Shown here: positions 9,538 through 19,242 of the stretch, in pieces | How the letters are laid out: every line of letters begins with the position of its first letter | How positions within the stretch are numbered: the first letter of the stretch is position 1 | DNA from: an uncultured bacterium | Lineage (GTDB): Bacteria; Krumholzibacteriota; Krumholzibacteriia; Krumholzibacteriales; Krumholzibacteriaceae | Length of the DNA: 64,000 nt | NCBI GenBank assembly: GCA_965369375.1 | Contig: CBDUQN010000003.1 | Coordinates: 20,242-84,241 of the forward strand | Direction: 5' to 3' | The notes under the pieces: model-generated | What the model saw: only the letters and a program-made list of their open reading frames with translations | What the model was told of the DNA's origin: nothing | Databases searched by the model: none | Translations under genes and position numbers: made by a program

Positions 9538-10464
9538 TTACCCACGGGGATGAAAGGTTCGATGCACTTCGAGCAGGTAATCCATGTCGAGCTTTGTATA
9601 TATCTGTGTCGTCGAAATGCTGGAATGGCCGAGTAATTCCTGAACCGCCCTCAGATCCGCCCCCCCCTCGATCAGATGCGTCGCGAAAGAGTGCCTCAGC
9701 GTGTGCGGCGAGACTGAGGTGGGGAGCCCGGCTCGTATGGCGTATTTCTTCAGTATTTTCCAGAAGCCGACCCGAGAGATCGGATTTCCCCGGTAGTTGA
9801 GGTAGACATATGGTGATATGCGATTCTTGAGAAGCCTCGGGCGGGATTTTTCGAGATAGAGGTTGAGTGCTTTTTTGCATTGCGCCCCGTAGGGAACGTA
9901 ACGTTCCTTGCGTCCCTTCCCCTTCACCCTCAGCATTTTCCTCTCCTCGTCTATCTGTTCGAGCTTGAGCCGGCAGATCTCCGAAACGCGCATACCGGAA
10001 GAATAGGCCGTTTCGAGTAGCGAACGGTCCCTCACGCCGAGCGTGCTGTCATCAGGCCCCTCGAGCAACTTCTCCACCTCGAAGGCAGAGAGCACGAATG
10101 GTATTTTCTTGGCGATCTTCGGTGCCGATATGCCGTCTATTTCGAGTTTCCCGATTTCACCTTCCCGGTAGAGAAATCTGTGAAAGCCCTTCACGGCGCT
10201 CAGAATCCTCGCCTGCGAAGAAGGACGCTTCGATTTTTCTATCTCCGCGGTGAATGCGAGTGTCGAATCGAATGTGATATCGACCGGAGCGGCTATCCCG
10301 GAGCGGGAAACAAACTTAAAGTAATCCTTTAAATCTGCAGTGTATGCCTTTATTGTGAGAGGGCTTAACCCTTTCTCTACGGCGAGAAAGTCGGCGTAGA
10401 GCTCAGCCAGGCGTTCCAGAGCGGAATCATCGGTCGTGGAGGTGTCTGAAGATTTCCCCGGCAA
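9538..10464 (-). CDS. xerD: Site-specific tyrosine recombinase XerD (start uncertain)
   Basis: [33 protein letters not shown]; XerD-type C-terminus FHPRG. Confidence 0.85.
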   Translation of the reverse strand: MPGKSSDTSTTDDSALERLAELYADFLAVEKGLSPLTIKAYTADLKDYFKFVSRSGIAAPVDITFDSTLAFTAEIEKSKRPSSQARILSAVKGFHRFLYREGEIGKLEIDGISAPKIAKKIPFVLSAFEVEKLLEGPDDSTLGVRDRSLLETAYSSGMRVSEICRLKLEQIDEERKMLRVKGKGRKERYVPYGAQCKKALNLYLEKSRPRLLKNRISPYVYLNYRGNPISRVGFWKILKKYAIRAGLPTSVSPHTLRHSFATHLIEGGADLRAVQELLGHSSISTTQIYTKLDMDYLLEVHRTFHPRG

Positions 10465-12232
10465 TTGTTTCTCCTATCCCGTGTATGGCCGCAATCTCCT
10501 CTATCGACGCTTTGCGAAGGCGCTCGAGGCTGCCGAATTCAACGAGGAGCAGCATTTTTCGCTTTTCCCCGATGCCGGGGATTGCGTCGAGCTCCGACAC
10601 CGCGAGCCCCCTGGATCTGAGCCTGCGGTGATACTCCACGGCGAAGCGATGCGCCTCGTTTCGGATACGCTGCAGGTAACGCAGTACCTTGTTCCGCCTC
10701 GAGAGGCGCAGCGGATCACCCGTTTCTTCGATGTGGATCTCTTCGTTCTTTTTGGCGAGGCCGACAATCGGGATGCCGGTCACTTCCGAGATTTCCATCG
10801 CGCTGCGGGTGGCGGATACCTGCCCCTTGCCGCCGTCGATGAGGATGAAGTCCGGCGCCTGCTCTTTCCCCGCCTTGAGCGTCTTGAGCCTGCGCGACAG
10901 CACCTCTTCGAGCATAGCGCAATCATCTATCCCTTCAACCGTTTTGATTTTGAAATGGCGGTAGCCGGATTTAAGGGGTTTGCCCTTTACAAACGTGACC
11001 ATCGATCCGACGGCCTCCGCCCCCTGGATATTGCTGATGTCGAACGCCTCGATCCGCAGCGGCGTGGTGGGTAGATGAAGTGCATCCTTCATATCCCTCA
11101 GCAGTGTCGTGCTTTCGGCTTTCGCCCGGACCTCCGCGACGATCTTGTACGATGCATTCTTGTAGGCGAGGGCGACGAGCTTCTTTTTCTCGCCTCTCTT
11201 CGGTGTCGCGATCCTGACCCTGCGCCCGATAGCGCCGCTCAGCCAATCCTCGATCAGAGGCGCTTCGCTCGGCTCGATCTGTGTGAAAATTCTCGGGGGA
11301 ATATCGGTCGCGCTGTGATAGTAGAGCGTGATGAAGGAATCGAAAATTATATCGTCTTCCATCTTCTCTACGGCCGGGATGATGAACGCCTCTGAGGCGA
11401 GAATCCTGCCCTCACGGATTTTCATCACGACGCCGCAAGATTTTCCGCCTTCCCGGGCGAACGCGATGATGTCTTCATCCTCACCCCGCGGCGAGACGGC
11501 GAGCTGTTTCTGAGCTAGCGCTTCGAGGGCTCTGACCTGGTCCCGGGCGAGTGCGGCCTCTTCGTATCGCTTTTCCTGCGAGAGAGCCTGCATCTTTTCG
11601 AGGAGTGAAGTGCGAAGCTCTTCTTTGCGGCCCTTGAGAAAGAGTCTTGCCTCATCGACTATTCTTCGGTACTCGTCCTCGCCAATGCGTCCCGTGCACG
11701 GTCCGAGGCAGCGTTTGATGTCGAAGTTGAGGCATTCGCGTTCTCTTTTCGAGAATTTTTTTCCGATGCAGCCGCGCAGTGGGAAGATGGTGCCGACGAG
11801 TTTCAGGGTACGCCTTACGGCCCGTACATCCGTGTAGGGACCGAAGTACTCCGCCCCGTCGTTTTCGACATGCCGCACGAGAAGCAGTCTCGGGAACATT
11901 TCATTCCTTGTGAGTTTGATAAAAGGGTATCGCTTGTCATCCTTGAGCTGCACATTGTATCGAGGCCGGTATTCCTTGATGAGGTTACATTCGAGAACGA
12001 GTGCTTCCACCTCGTTTTCGGTGGCTATGTAGTCGATCGCATCGGTGGAGTTCATAAGCGCCCTCGTCTTTGGATCGAGGGCATCCTCCTTTTGTAAATA
12101 ACTACGGACCCGGGAGATCAACCGTTTGGCCTTCCCGACGTACAGCACCCTTCCCTTCGTGTTTTTCATGAAATAAACACCCGGGGAATCGGGTATCTTC
12201 TCCACCGAGCGCTTGAGTTTATCGGTACGCAT
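10427..12232 (-). CDS. uvrC: Excinuclease ABC subunit C
   Basis: GIY-YIG PGVY..LYVGKAK, RIEAFDISN, IDGGKGQ, RNEAHRFA, C-terminal HhH motifs. Confidence 0.97.
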   Translation of the reverse strand: MRTDKLKRSVEKIPDSPGVYFMKNTKGRVLYVGKAKRLISRVRSYLQKEDALDPKTRALMNSTDAIDYIATENEVEALVLECNLIKEYRPRYNVQLKDDKRYPFIKLTRNEMFPRLLLVRHVENDGAEYFGPYTDVRAVRRTLKLVGTIFPLRGCIGKKFSKRERECLNFDIKRCLGPCTGRIGEDEYRRIVDEARLFLKGRKEELRTSLLEKMQALSQEKRYEEAALARDQVRALEALAQKQLAVSPRGEDEDIIAFAREGGKSCGVVMKIREGRILASEAFIIPAVEKMEDDIIFDSFITLYYHSATDIPPRIFTQIEPSEAPLIEDWLSGAIGRRVRIATPKRGEKKKLVALAYKNASYKIVAEVRAKAESTTLLRDMKDALHLPTTPLRIEAFDISNIQGAEAVGSMVTFVKGKPLKSGYRHFKIKTVEGIDDCAMLEEVLSRRLKTLKAGKEQAPDFILIDGGKGQVSATRSAMEISEVTGIPIVGLAKKNEEIHIEETGDPLRLSRRNKVLRYLQRIRNEAHRFAVEYHRRLRSRGLAVSELDAIPGIGEKRKMLLLVEFGSLERLRKASIEEIAAIHGIGETIAGEIFRHLHDR

Positions 12233-12234
12233 AC

Positions 12235-12263
12235 TTGACAATTCGATCCGCCTATAGTATGTT
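12235..12263 (+). promoter_or_regulatory. sigma70-type promoter for rpsT, abutting the divergent uvrC start
   Basis: TTGACA (12235-12240)-17 nt-TATGTT (12258-12263). Confidence 0.65.
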
Positions 12264-12289
12264 ATCGCATCGTCGGAGGTGAAATTCGA

Positions 12290-12541
12290 ATGCCGAACAA
12301 CAAATCAGCATGGAAAAGAATGCGCCAGAATAAGCGGAAGCGGATGCAAAACAAATCCCACCGCTCCAATCTGCGCAAGGTCATCAAATCGTTCAAGGCG
12401 ATAAGCGACGCGGAATCGGCGAGGGAACAGTTGCCGAACCTGGCATCGGTCATCGACAAAGCCGCAAAAAAGGGAATTCTTCACGATCGAACGGCTGCGC
12501 GCCTGAAATCGAGGCTTTCAAGAAGAATCGCCGGCTCTTAA
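12290..12541 (+). CDS. rpsT: 30S ribosomal protein S20
   Basis: MPNNKSAWKRMRQ...IDKAAKKGILHDRTAARLKSRL; GGAGGT SD. Confidence 0.96.
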   Translation: MPNNKSAWKRMRQNKRKRMQNKSHRSNLRKVIKSFKAISDAESAREQLPNLASVIDKAAKKGILHDRTAARLKSRLSRRIAGS

Positions 12542-14271
12542 TCGTTGATCCGTTGAAGGATTTGCGCTAGGGCGTCGTCGATCTGATGCGTTTCGATCCG
12601 GCGATTGCCTCTATCGAACAGCTCTACCTTTCCCTCCTTGAGCTTCTTTCCAATCGTCAGTCGAAGGGGAATGCCGATGAGATCGGCGTCCTTGAACTTC
12701 ACTCCGGGACTTACGTTCCGGTCGTCCATGAGGACCTCGATCCCGTTGTCCTCGAGCTCGCGTTCGAACCTCGTTGCGGCGTCCATTACCGCGGAATCGT
12801 TGACATTGACGGGCAGTATCAGTATCTGAAAGGGCGCGATGTTCATCGGCCAGATAATACCGTCTTTGTCGTGGTGCTGCTCGATCACCGCCGCAATCAT
12901 CCGTGATATTCCGAAGCCGTAGCACCCCATGATGAAGGGATGGCTCTCGCCCTTCTCGTCGAGAAAGGTGGCATTCATGCTCGAAGAGTATTTGGTTCCG
13001 AGCTTGAATATATGACCGACCTCCAGGCCGCGATGCATCGACATCTCATTATTGCAGTTCGGGCACCGGTCCCCTTCCTTCGCCCACACGAAATCGGCGA
13101 AGTGGTCTATGGTGAAATCCCGGCCGGCTTGCGCTCCGACGAGATGCCGGTCACGCGTGTTCGCGCCGACGATCATCGCATCGTACCCCTTGACGAGATT
13201 GTCGGCGTAGATCGTCGTTTCGCCCGGCAGGCCGACCGGTCCTGAAAATCCGACAGGACCACCGGTGAGCTGCTCTATCTCCTCCGGTTCTAGGAATCGT
13301 ATATCGGGATCTTCCAGCGCGCGCATGAGTTTGGTTTCGTTCACTTCGCGATCGCCGGGGACGAGAACGGCGATATTTCGTTCCCCCGTCCGATAGAGCA
13401 GCGTTTTGACCAGATCGTGTTGATCGACGCCGAGAAAATTCGCTACTTCGTCCACCGTCGTCATCGAGGGCGTTTCCACCTCTTTGTAGGCCGTTTTATC
13501 ATCCGCCTCTTTGTAGGCCGTATCATCCGCCCTCTCTTTCGCTTCGTGATCGGTACCGAGCGCGCGAGCCCGCTCGAGATTCACGCCGTATCCACATGAG
13601 CAGCTGAGGATAACATCCTCGCCGTTGGAAGCGAGGACCATGAATTCGTGCGATTCGTCGCCGCCGATATAACCCGACTCCGCCTCGACCATCCGGTAAT
13701 CGAGGCCGCACCGCTCGATAATCTTCCGGTACGCGCCTTCCATGTCCCGGTACGTGACATCGAGAGATCTGTCGTCCGCATGGAAGCTGTACGCGTCTTT
13801 CATTAAGAATTCGCGCGCGCGCACAACGCCGTACCGCGGCCTGATCTCATCACGGAACTTGATTAATATCTGATAGAAGCATTGCGGGAGCGAGCGGTAG
13901 CTTTTGAGCTCGTCTCGCGCAACCATGGTGATTACCTCTTCGTGCGTCGGTCCGAGGGCGAATGTGCGGTTGCGGCTGTCTTTCAATTTGAACAGTTCCG
14001 GACCGAACGAATTGATTCTCCCGCTTTCCTCGTAGAGCTCTATCGGATGGAGGATCGGCATGAGCACTTCCTGACACCCGATGGCGTCCATCTCTTCTCT
14101 TACGATCTTCTCTATCTTCTTTACCACCTTGAATCCAGCGGGAAGGAATATATACACCCCTGAGGTGAGTTTTCGGATCAATCCTGCCCGCAGCATGAGG
14201 CGATGACTGATAATTTCCGCCTCGTGCGGATCCTCCTTATATGTGGGGATTGTGCTTATTGACCAGCGCAT
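12538..14271 (-). CDS. proS: Proline--tRNA ligase (bacterial type with INS editing domain)
   Basis: LGPTHEE, FRDEIRPRYG, REFLMKDAYSF, EVGHIFKLG, MGCYGFGISR. Confidence 0.97.
   Translation of the reverse strand: MRWSISTIPTYKEDPHEAEIISHRLMLRAGLIRKLTSGVYIFLPAGFKVVKKIEKIVREEMDAIGCQEVLMPILHPIELYEESGRINSFGPELFKLKDSRNRTFALGPTHEEVITMVARDELKSYRSLPQCFYQILIKFRDEIRPRYGVVRAREFLMKDAYSFHADDRSLDVTYRDMEGAYRKIIERCGLDYRMVEAESGYIGGDESHEFMVLASNGEDVILSCSCGYGVNLERARALGTDHEAKERADDTAYKEADDKTAYKEVETPSMTTVDEVANFLGVDQHDLVKTLLYRTGERNIAVLVPGDREVNETKLMRALEDPDIRFLEPEEIEQLTGGPVGFSGPVGLPGETTIYADNLVKGYDAMIVGANTRDRHLVGAQAGRDFTIDHFADFVWAKEGDRCPNCNNEMSMHRGLEVGHIFKLGTKYSSSMNATFLDEKGESHPFIMGCYGFGISRMIAAVIEQHHDKDGIIWPMNIAPFQILILPVNVNDSAVMDAATRFERELEDNGIEVLMDDRNVSPGVKFKDADLIGIPLRLTIGKKLKEGKVELFDRGNRRIETHQIDDALAQILQRIND
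13479..13529. repeat. In-frame 27/24-bp tandem duplication in proS (ADDTAYKE-ADDKTAYKE)
   Basis: CCTCTTTGTAGGCCGTTTTATCATCCG followed by CCTCTTTGTAGGCCGTATCATCCG. Confidence 0.9.
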
Positions 14272-14334
14272 CTTACTCTCTTTCTGGACGGGATCATCGT
14301 TATAATCTTTCCATTTCCGTGCACGTCACCTATT

Positions 14335-14363
14335 ATACTATGAAAACAAGCGGGTATTTGCAA
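14335..14363 (-). promoter_or_regulatory. sigma70-type promoter for proS
   Basis: Minus strand TTGCAA-17 nt-TAGTAT. Confidence 0.6.
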
Positions 14364-14377
14364 CCTTGAAGTAGTTT

Positions 14378-14410
14378 GGACATCCGGCGTTTGTGTCGGG
14401 ACATCCGGCG
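14378..14410. promoter_or_regulatory. Perfect 12-bp direct repeat GGACATCCGGCG (21-bp period), candidate operator of the methionine gene
   Basis: Copies at 14378-14389 and 14399-14410, directly before the SD of the homocysteine methyltransferase. Confidence 0.5.
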
Positions 14411-14422
14411 AAGGGAAAATGT

Positions 14423-16261
14423 GTGGCGGCTCGTTTTCTGGAGATGCTCGGGACTCGCGTCGTGCTTTTCGACGGCGCCATGGGCACGATGCTCTACGAA
14501 TACGGGGTTTTCATCAATCGTTGTTTCGACGAGGTCAATCTCTCCAATCCATCTCTCGTGGAACGGATCCACCGCGAGTACATCGGGGCCGGCGCCGATG
14601 TGATCGAGACGAATACGTTCGGGGCAAACAGGTTCAAGTTGAAACTGCACGGTCTCGACAGTCGGCTCGCCGAGATAAACAGGACCGGCGCGCAGATCGC
14701 CCGCAGAGCGGCCGACGAAGGCGCGCTCGTCGCCGGCGCAATAGGCCCTCTTGGTATAAAGATTGAGCCTTGGGGCCCGACTTCGAATGAAGAGGCGATC
14801 GCCGCATTCGCCGAGCAGGCGGAGGCCCTGCTCTCAGAAGGGATCGATCTCTTCGTCATCGAAACTTTCGCCGATCTCAACGAGATACATCAGGCCATCA
14901 AGGCCGTCAAGAATGTGAGTGATCTGCCTGTCGTTGCGCAGATGACGCTTCAGAATGACGGATTGGGCCTCTACGGAACGGAGCCGGACGAGTTCGCGAG
15001 GAGGCTGTTTCAGTGGGAGGCCGATGTCGCCGGTGTCAACTGCTCCGTCGGTCCAAAGGTCATGCTCGACGCGGTGGAAAGAATGGCCGGGGCCGTGGAC
15101 GGGCACATCTCGGCGCAGCCGAATGCGGGCATTCCCCAGAATGTAGAGGGACGCAATATATACCTCGTATCTCCCGAATACCTCTCCGAGTATGCGAGAA
15201 GGTTCGTTCAGGTCGGCGCGCGCGTGGTCGGCGGCTGCTGTGGGACGACGCCGACTCATATCAAGGCCATTCGCAACGCGCTTCGGACGGTGATGCCGGC
15301 GAAAAAGGCCACGCCGGCAAAGCCGCATCGACGTGTCGCCGAAGAGGAGGTTGCGGCAACGCCGACACGGGAGAAATCGCGCATCGCTTCGCGCATAGCG
15401 GACGGTGAGTTCGTATGCTCAATCGAGCTCGTGCCTCCGAAGGGATGCAACCCGGAAAAGGTGCTCGATGCCGCGCGCTACCTCGCCGGGGAAAATATAG
15501 ACGCGATCAATATCCCCGACAGCCCCCGCGCATCCTCGCGAATGAGCCCCCTTGCCCTTGCGGTCCTGATCGAGAGCAGGGTCGGCATCGAAACGATACT
15601 CCACTATTGTTGTCGTGATCGCAACATTCTCGGTATGCAGTCGGATTTGCTCGGCGCACATGCGCTTGGTCTCAGAAATATCCTCATCGTGACCGGCGAT
15701 CCTATACGGACGGGAGATTACCCTGATGCGACGGCCGTTTTCGATATAGACTCCATCGGACTGACGAACGTCGTCCACGAGCTCAACTACGGGCGCGACA
15801 TCGGCGGCGGGCGCCTGAAATCACGGACATCGTTTCACATCGGCGTCGGCGTGAATCCCGGTGCCGTGAATTTCGAGGAGGAGATGAGGAGGTTCTACTG
15901 GAAGGTCGAAGCGGGCGCCGAGTTCGCGATAACGCAGCCCGTGTTCGATATCCGTCTCTTCGATCGATTCCTCGGGGCGATAGAATCGATTCGAATACCG
16001 GTCCTGGCCGGCATTTGGCCGCTCACGAGCTACAAGAACGCGGAGTTCATGAATAACGAGCTCCCCGGCGTCACCGTGCCCGATGATATAATGAGGCGGA
16101 TGCGGGATACGGAGAGCGGTGAACGAGCATTGCAGGAAGGGACCGAGATAGCCGTCGAGATCCTCCGCGAGCTGAGAACCAGGATCGACGGTGTTCAGAT
16201 CAGCGCACCCTTCAACCGGTATGAGCTTGCCCTTGCCGTATTGCGCCGCGGGATCGATTGA
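14423..16261 (+). CDS. Bifunctional homocysteine S-methyltransferase / 5,10-methylenetetrahydrofolate reductase (YitJ/SamT type)
   Basis: FDGAMGT, GADVIETNTFGAN, GVNCSVGP and GGCCGT (Zn-binding Hcy MT), then an MTHFR domain (ELVPPKG, HYCCRDRN, TGDP, ITQPVFD). GTG start follows AAGGGA. Confidence 0.92.
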   Translation: MAARFLEMLGTRVVLFDGAMGTMLYEYGVFINRCFDEVNLSNPSLVERIHREYIGAGADVIETNTFGANRFKLKLHGLDSRLAEINRTGAQIARRAADEGALVAGAIGPLGIKIEPWGPTSNEEAIAAFAEQAEALLSEGIDLFVIETFADLNEIHQAIKAVKNVSDLPVVAQMTLQNDGLGLYGTEPDEFARRLFQWEADVAGVNCSVGPKVMLDAVERMAGAVDGHISAQPNAGIPQNVEGRNIYLVSPEYLSEYARRFVQVGARVVGGCCGTTPTHIKAIRNALRTVMPAKKATPAKPHRRVAEEEVAATPTREKSRIASRIADGEFVCSIELVPPKGCNPEKVLDAARYLAGENIDAINIPDSPRASSRMSPLALAVLIESRVGIETILHYCCRDRNILGMQSDLLGAHALGLRNILIVTGDPIRTGDYPDATAVFDIDSIGLTNVVHELNYGRDIGGGRLKSRTSFHIGVGVNPGAVNFEEEMRRFYWKVEAGAEFAITQPVFDIRLFDRFLGAIESIRIPVLAGIWPLTSYKNAEFMNNELPGVTVPDDIMRRMRDTESGERALQEGTEIAVEILRELRTRIDGVQISAPFNRYELALAVLRRGID

Positions 16262-16284
16262 TCAGGCCTCCCACCGGTCCCGTG

Positions 16285-19089
16285 CTAGAAATTGAATCCG
16301 ATAAAGAAATCTATCCTCACCCCGCTTGTCGTTGTCTCGAAATCGGTGAGCTTGCTGAAGTTGACCCTGATAATGGGAAAGTAGCCGAGATTCATTTCCA
16401 CACCGGCGCCGTAACTCCCCAGCCAGCCAGTATCGTATAAGAATCCGTTCACCTTCCCGATGTCGAAGAAAAGCGAACCTCTGAAGAGGGGGAGCTCGAT
16501 ATTTCCGACGGGAAATTTAAGTACAAAACGGTCTATCAAGGGAAACCTGAGTTCGTTGTTGAGCAGGAGGATTCTCTTTCCCGCGTACTCCCGATAGTGA
16601 TAACCGCGGAGATCGAACGAACCGCCGAGATAGAAGAGCTGGATATCGCTCCCCCACGCGTTCCTGCTGACGAATCTCTGGGCGAAGATGTACCTCGGAC
16701 TGAGGTTGATGTAATGACGCAGGTCGAAATGAAGCGTGGTGCTCTCGTAGCGGGATCCGTTTATATCGATCGTATTGCCGACCGCGATGTTTAAGCGGCG
16801 CCCGCTCGCCGGCCCGCCGATGTACCAGATGATATTATCCGTGGTAAACGACAGGTAGCTCGAAAGCAGAAGGCTGCTTCCCTCCTGTATTCCGATGTAG
16901 GTGATGTCGTCGTCGCGTTCCATCCATTTGAAGACACCGGATAGATCGACACGGGTGAATTTCGAGATGGGATAGCTGATTCCACCCTGCACGCCGTAGC
17001 GTCGCTCGAACCGGAATAGATCGTATGCGCTGCTCATGTAGCTTGCCAGATGAAATGCTCCGAGGATATAGTTCAGCCTGCTGCTGAGGTTCACGTAGGT
17101 GACGGCGATATTCAGGTTTTTCCATATGCCGTGGAAGTCGTCGGACGCGGTTCCGAAAAGCAACATCAACTGGTGATTGCCGAGCATGTCGGTGAAGAAG
17201 AGCTGAGCTGCGTTTCCGAGATATCCGAAATCGGGATCGGCGGCGAAGGCGGCGCCGATGAAATCGAGGCCGAACCGCACGCTATAGTCTTTCTTTTCTA
17301 TATCGAGAAAATGATCGGGTGAATCGAGCAGCCAGGATTCATCGGTGTTGGATGTAACTTCGAGCGCTTCTCCCTTCGAATCGTTCTTGAGAGGTACCCG
17401 GTAGATATGGTATGTGCCGTTGCTGAATGCCGCCGTGAGAAAACTGTTTCCCTTTGTACAGGGAGTCGGGATGAACGCGCCCCCGAGGATGTTGGTCTGC
17501 TGGATTATTTTCGCTTCTTTGAGGAGGTAGATGTCGAAGACCCCTTTACGGTCGGACGAGAAGAGCAACCCGCTGCCGTCGTGAAGCCAGCGGGGGTCCT
17601 TGTCGACGCTCTTTCCTTCAGTGAGCGCCAGTATCTTCTTCGTCCCCGTATCGATTGTGTATATTGCGTATTTTCCGTTCATGCCCTCCGGGCACCTGTC
17701 CGAGCTGAATACGATGAGGTCTCTGTGCGGGTGCCAGTCGGGGTGGACGTCTTCGTAGTAATCGTCGGTCAAACGGCTAAACTGCTCCGTTTCCGTGTGA
17801 TAGATGAAGAGGTCCGATTTTCCATTGTTGTCGATGGCGGAGAATGCGATGAATCGTCCGTCGGGCGAAGGGGCCGGAGAATTGAGAATCCTCGCTCCCT
17901 CGAAGAATATTCTATCGAGGACCTTCCTGTTCTTCGTGTCGAGGAGATAGATGGCGTCCCGTTCACCGACCTTCGAGACGAACAGGAGCGTGTCGCCCTT
18001 CGCAGAGAGACGGCTCCTGAGAAGCGGGATCTGTTCGAACTTGGTGGAGCGGCCTCCCTTGATGAGTGTTTTTCTTCGCCACTCCTCTTTGCCGTCGCGT
18101 GTGAGTTCGAAGAGGTCGATCGTTCCGAGACCGAATCCGATGCAGAACACACGTTCACCGCATTTCGCATCGTTGACGATAACCGGACAGGTTTCAAACG
18201 AGAGCTTCTTGGTACACAGCGGCTCGGCGATTTCATCGATACGTCTGCGGTAGAGAACCGTTGGGTAGTATCTCCTTCTGAGATATTCCTTCCAGTCATC
18301 GCTCAGCTCGGCGCTCGTGAGGCCGATGCTCTTCTCGAGCACGACGTCGAAACGGTCGTTCTTCCACCAGTTCTCCAGAATGAGGCGTAAGGCTTCTTTC
18401 CCGAATCGCGTGGCGATGTAATGGATGGCGCTCTCGCCTTCCTTGTACATCATATACGTCCCGTAAATTCTCCAGAGCTCGTGCAGCGGGATGAGCGTAC
18501 CCTCCATCATGGCGTCTCGTATGAACATTTCGGATTCAGAGTCCATTTCGCCGTGTCCGATATATTCGGCGAGCCCCTCGGTGAACCACAACGGCGGATG
18601 GTTGTATGTGAACCGTCCTTGCGCACGCATAACGGTTCGAATTTTTTGCAGCATGAAAGCGTGAGTCATCTCGTGCCGGAACACGATCAGCAGCTTGTTG
18701 TACGAGCCCATAAAGGGCAGGGCGACGCGTCCCTTGATAAACTCGGTGAAACCGCCCGTTCCCTCCGAGATATGGTATGGGATGATGTTTGTCTCTTTGA
18801 AATCGTGGTGCGTGCCGTAGAGGATGATGGGGATCTTTTTCTCGAATTCGATATCGAAGAATTCCGAGAGCTCGTCGTAAACCTGCTCGGCGAGACTAGC
18901 CACGAATTCCTCGATGGGAATTTCCTCGGGATAGTAGAATATCTCCGTGTGCGGGGTCTCGATGATCTTCCAGTCTTTCGGCGCGTACTGAATCTTGTTT
19001 TTGCCGAAAGGGTACTGAGCGGAGGCCTCCAGCGGCATGAGCAGGCAGAGGTTCATCGAGAGCATTATCGATATGATTGCGGTGCGCAT
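16285..19089 (-). CDS. Omp85/BamA-family outer-membrane protein with N-terminal gluzincin-like peptidase domain and PD40/TolB-like propeller
   Basis: Signal peptide; FGKNKIQY; HEMTH plus WFTEGLAEY; PSPDGRFIAFS and PDWHP..LIVFSSDR repeats; LRGY motif; C-terminal Phe (GFNF). Confidence 0.85.
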   Translation of the reverse strand: MRTAIISIMLSMNLCLLMPLEASAQYPFGKNKIQYAPKDWKIIETPHTEIFYYPEEIPIEEFVASLAEQVYDELSEFFDIEFEKKIPIILYGTHHDFKETNIIPYHISEGTGGFTEFIKGRVALPFMGSYNKLLIVFRHEMTHAFMLQKIRTVMRAQGRFTYNHPPLWFTEGLAEYIGHGEMDSESEMFIRDAMMEGTLIPLHELWRIYGTYMMYKEGESAIHYIATRFGKEALRLILENWWKNDRFDVVLEKSIGLTSAELSDDWKEYLRRRYYPTVLYRRRIDEIAEPLCTKKLSFETCPVIVNDAKCGERVFCIGFGLGTIDLFELTRDGKEEWRRKTLIKGGRSTKFEQIPLLRSRLSAKGDTLLFVSKVGERDAIYLLDTKNRKVLDRIFFEGARILNSPAPSPDGRFIAFSAIDNNGKSDLFIYHTETEQFSRLTDDYYEDVHPDWHPHRDLIVFSSDRCPEGMNGKYAIYTIDTGTKKILALTEGKSVDKDPRWLHDGSGLLFSSDRKGVFDIYLLKEAKIIQQTNILGGAFIPTPCTKGNSFLTAAFSNGTYHIYRVPLKNDSKGEALEVTSNTDESWLLDSPDHFLDIEKKDYSVRFGLDFIGAAFAADPDFGYLGNAAQLFFTDMLGNHQLMLLFGTASDDFHGIWKNLNIAVTYVNLSSRLNYILGAFHLASYMSSAYDLFRFERRYGVQGGISYPISKFTRVDLSGVFKWMERDDDITYIGIQEGSSLLLSSYLSFTTDNIIWYIGGPASGRRLNIAVGNTIDINGSRYESTTLHFDLRHYINLSPRYIFAQRFVSRNAWGSDIQLFYLGGSFDLRGYHYREYAGKRILLLNNELRFPLIDRFVLKFPVGNIELPLFRGSLFFDIGKVNGFLYDTGWLGSYGAGVEMNLGYFPIIRVNFSKLTDFETTTSGVRIDFFIGFNF

Positions 19090-19242
19090 TGTCCCGTATA
19101 ATGGTTCCCATTATTAATTTGTCGACGTTTTTATATAATTTCAAGGGGTATCTGCGGTGATTCCTGGAAGCAACCGGTTAACTAACTAAGATAAAAGGCA
19201 TTACGCTCATCCCCGGTCTTTGGCGCAACGAACGCGTCCCGC

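Noticed and set aside
19081-19108. XerC-arm-like GGTGCGCATTG
   Set aside because: It overlaps the Omp85 start codon and has no XerD arm.
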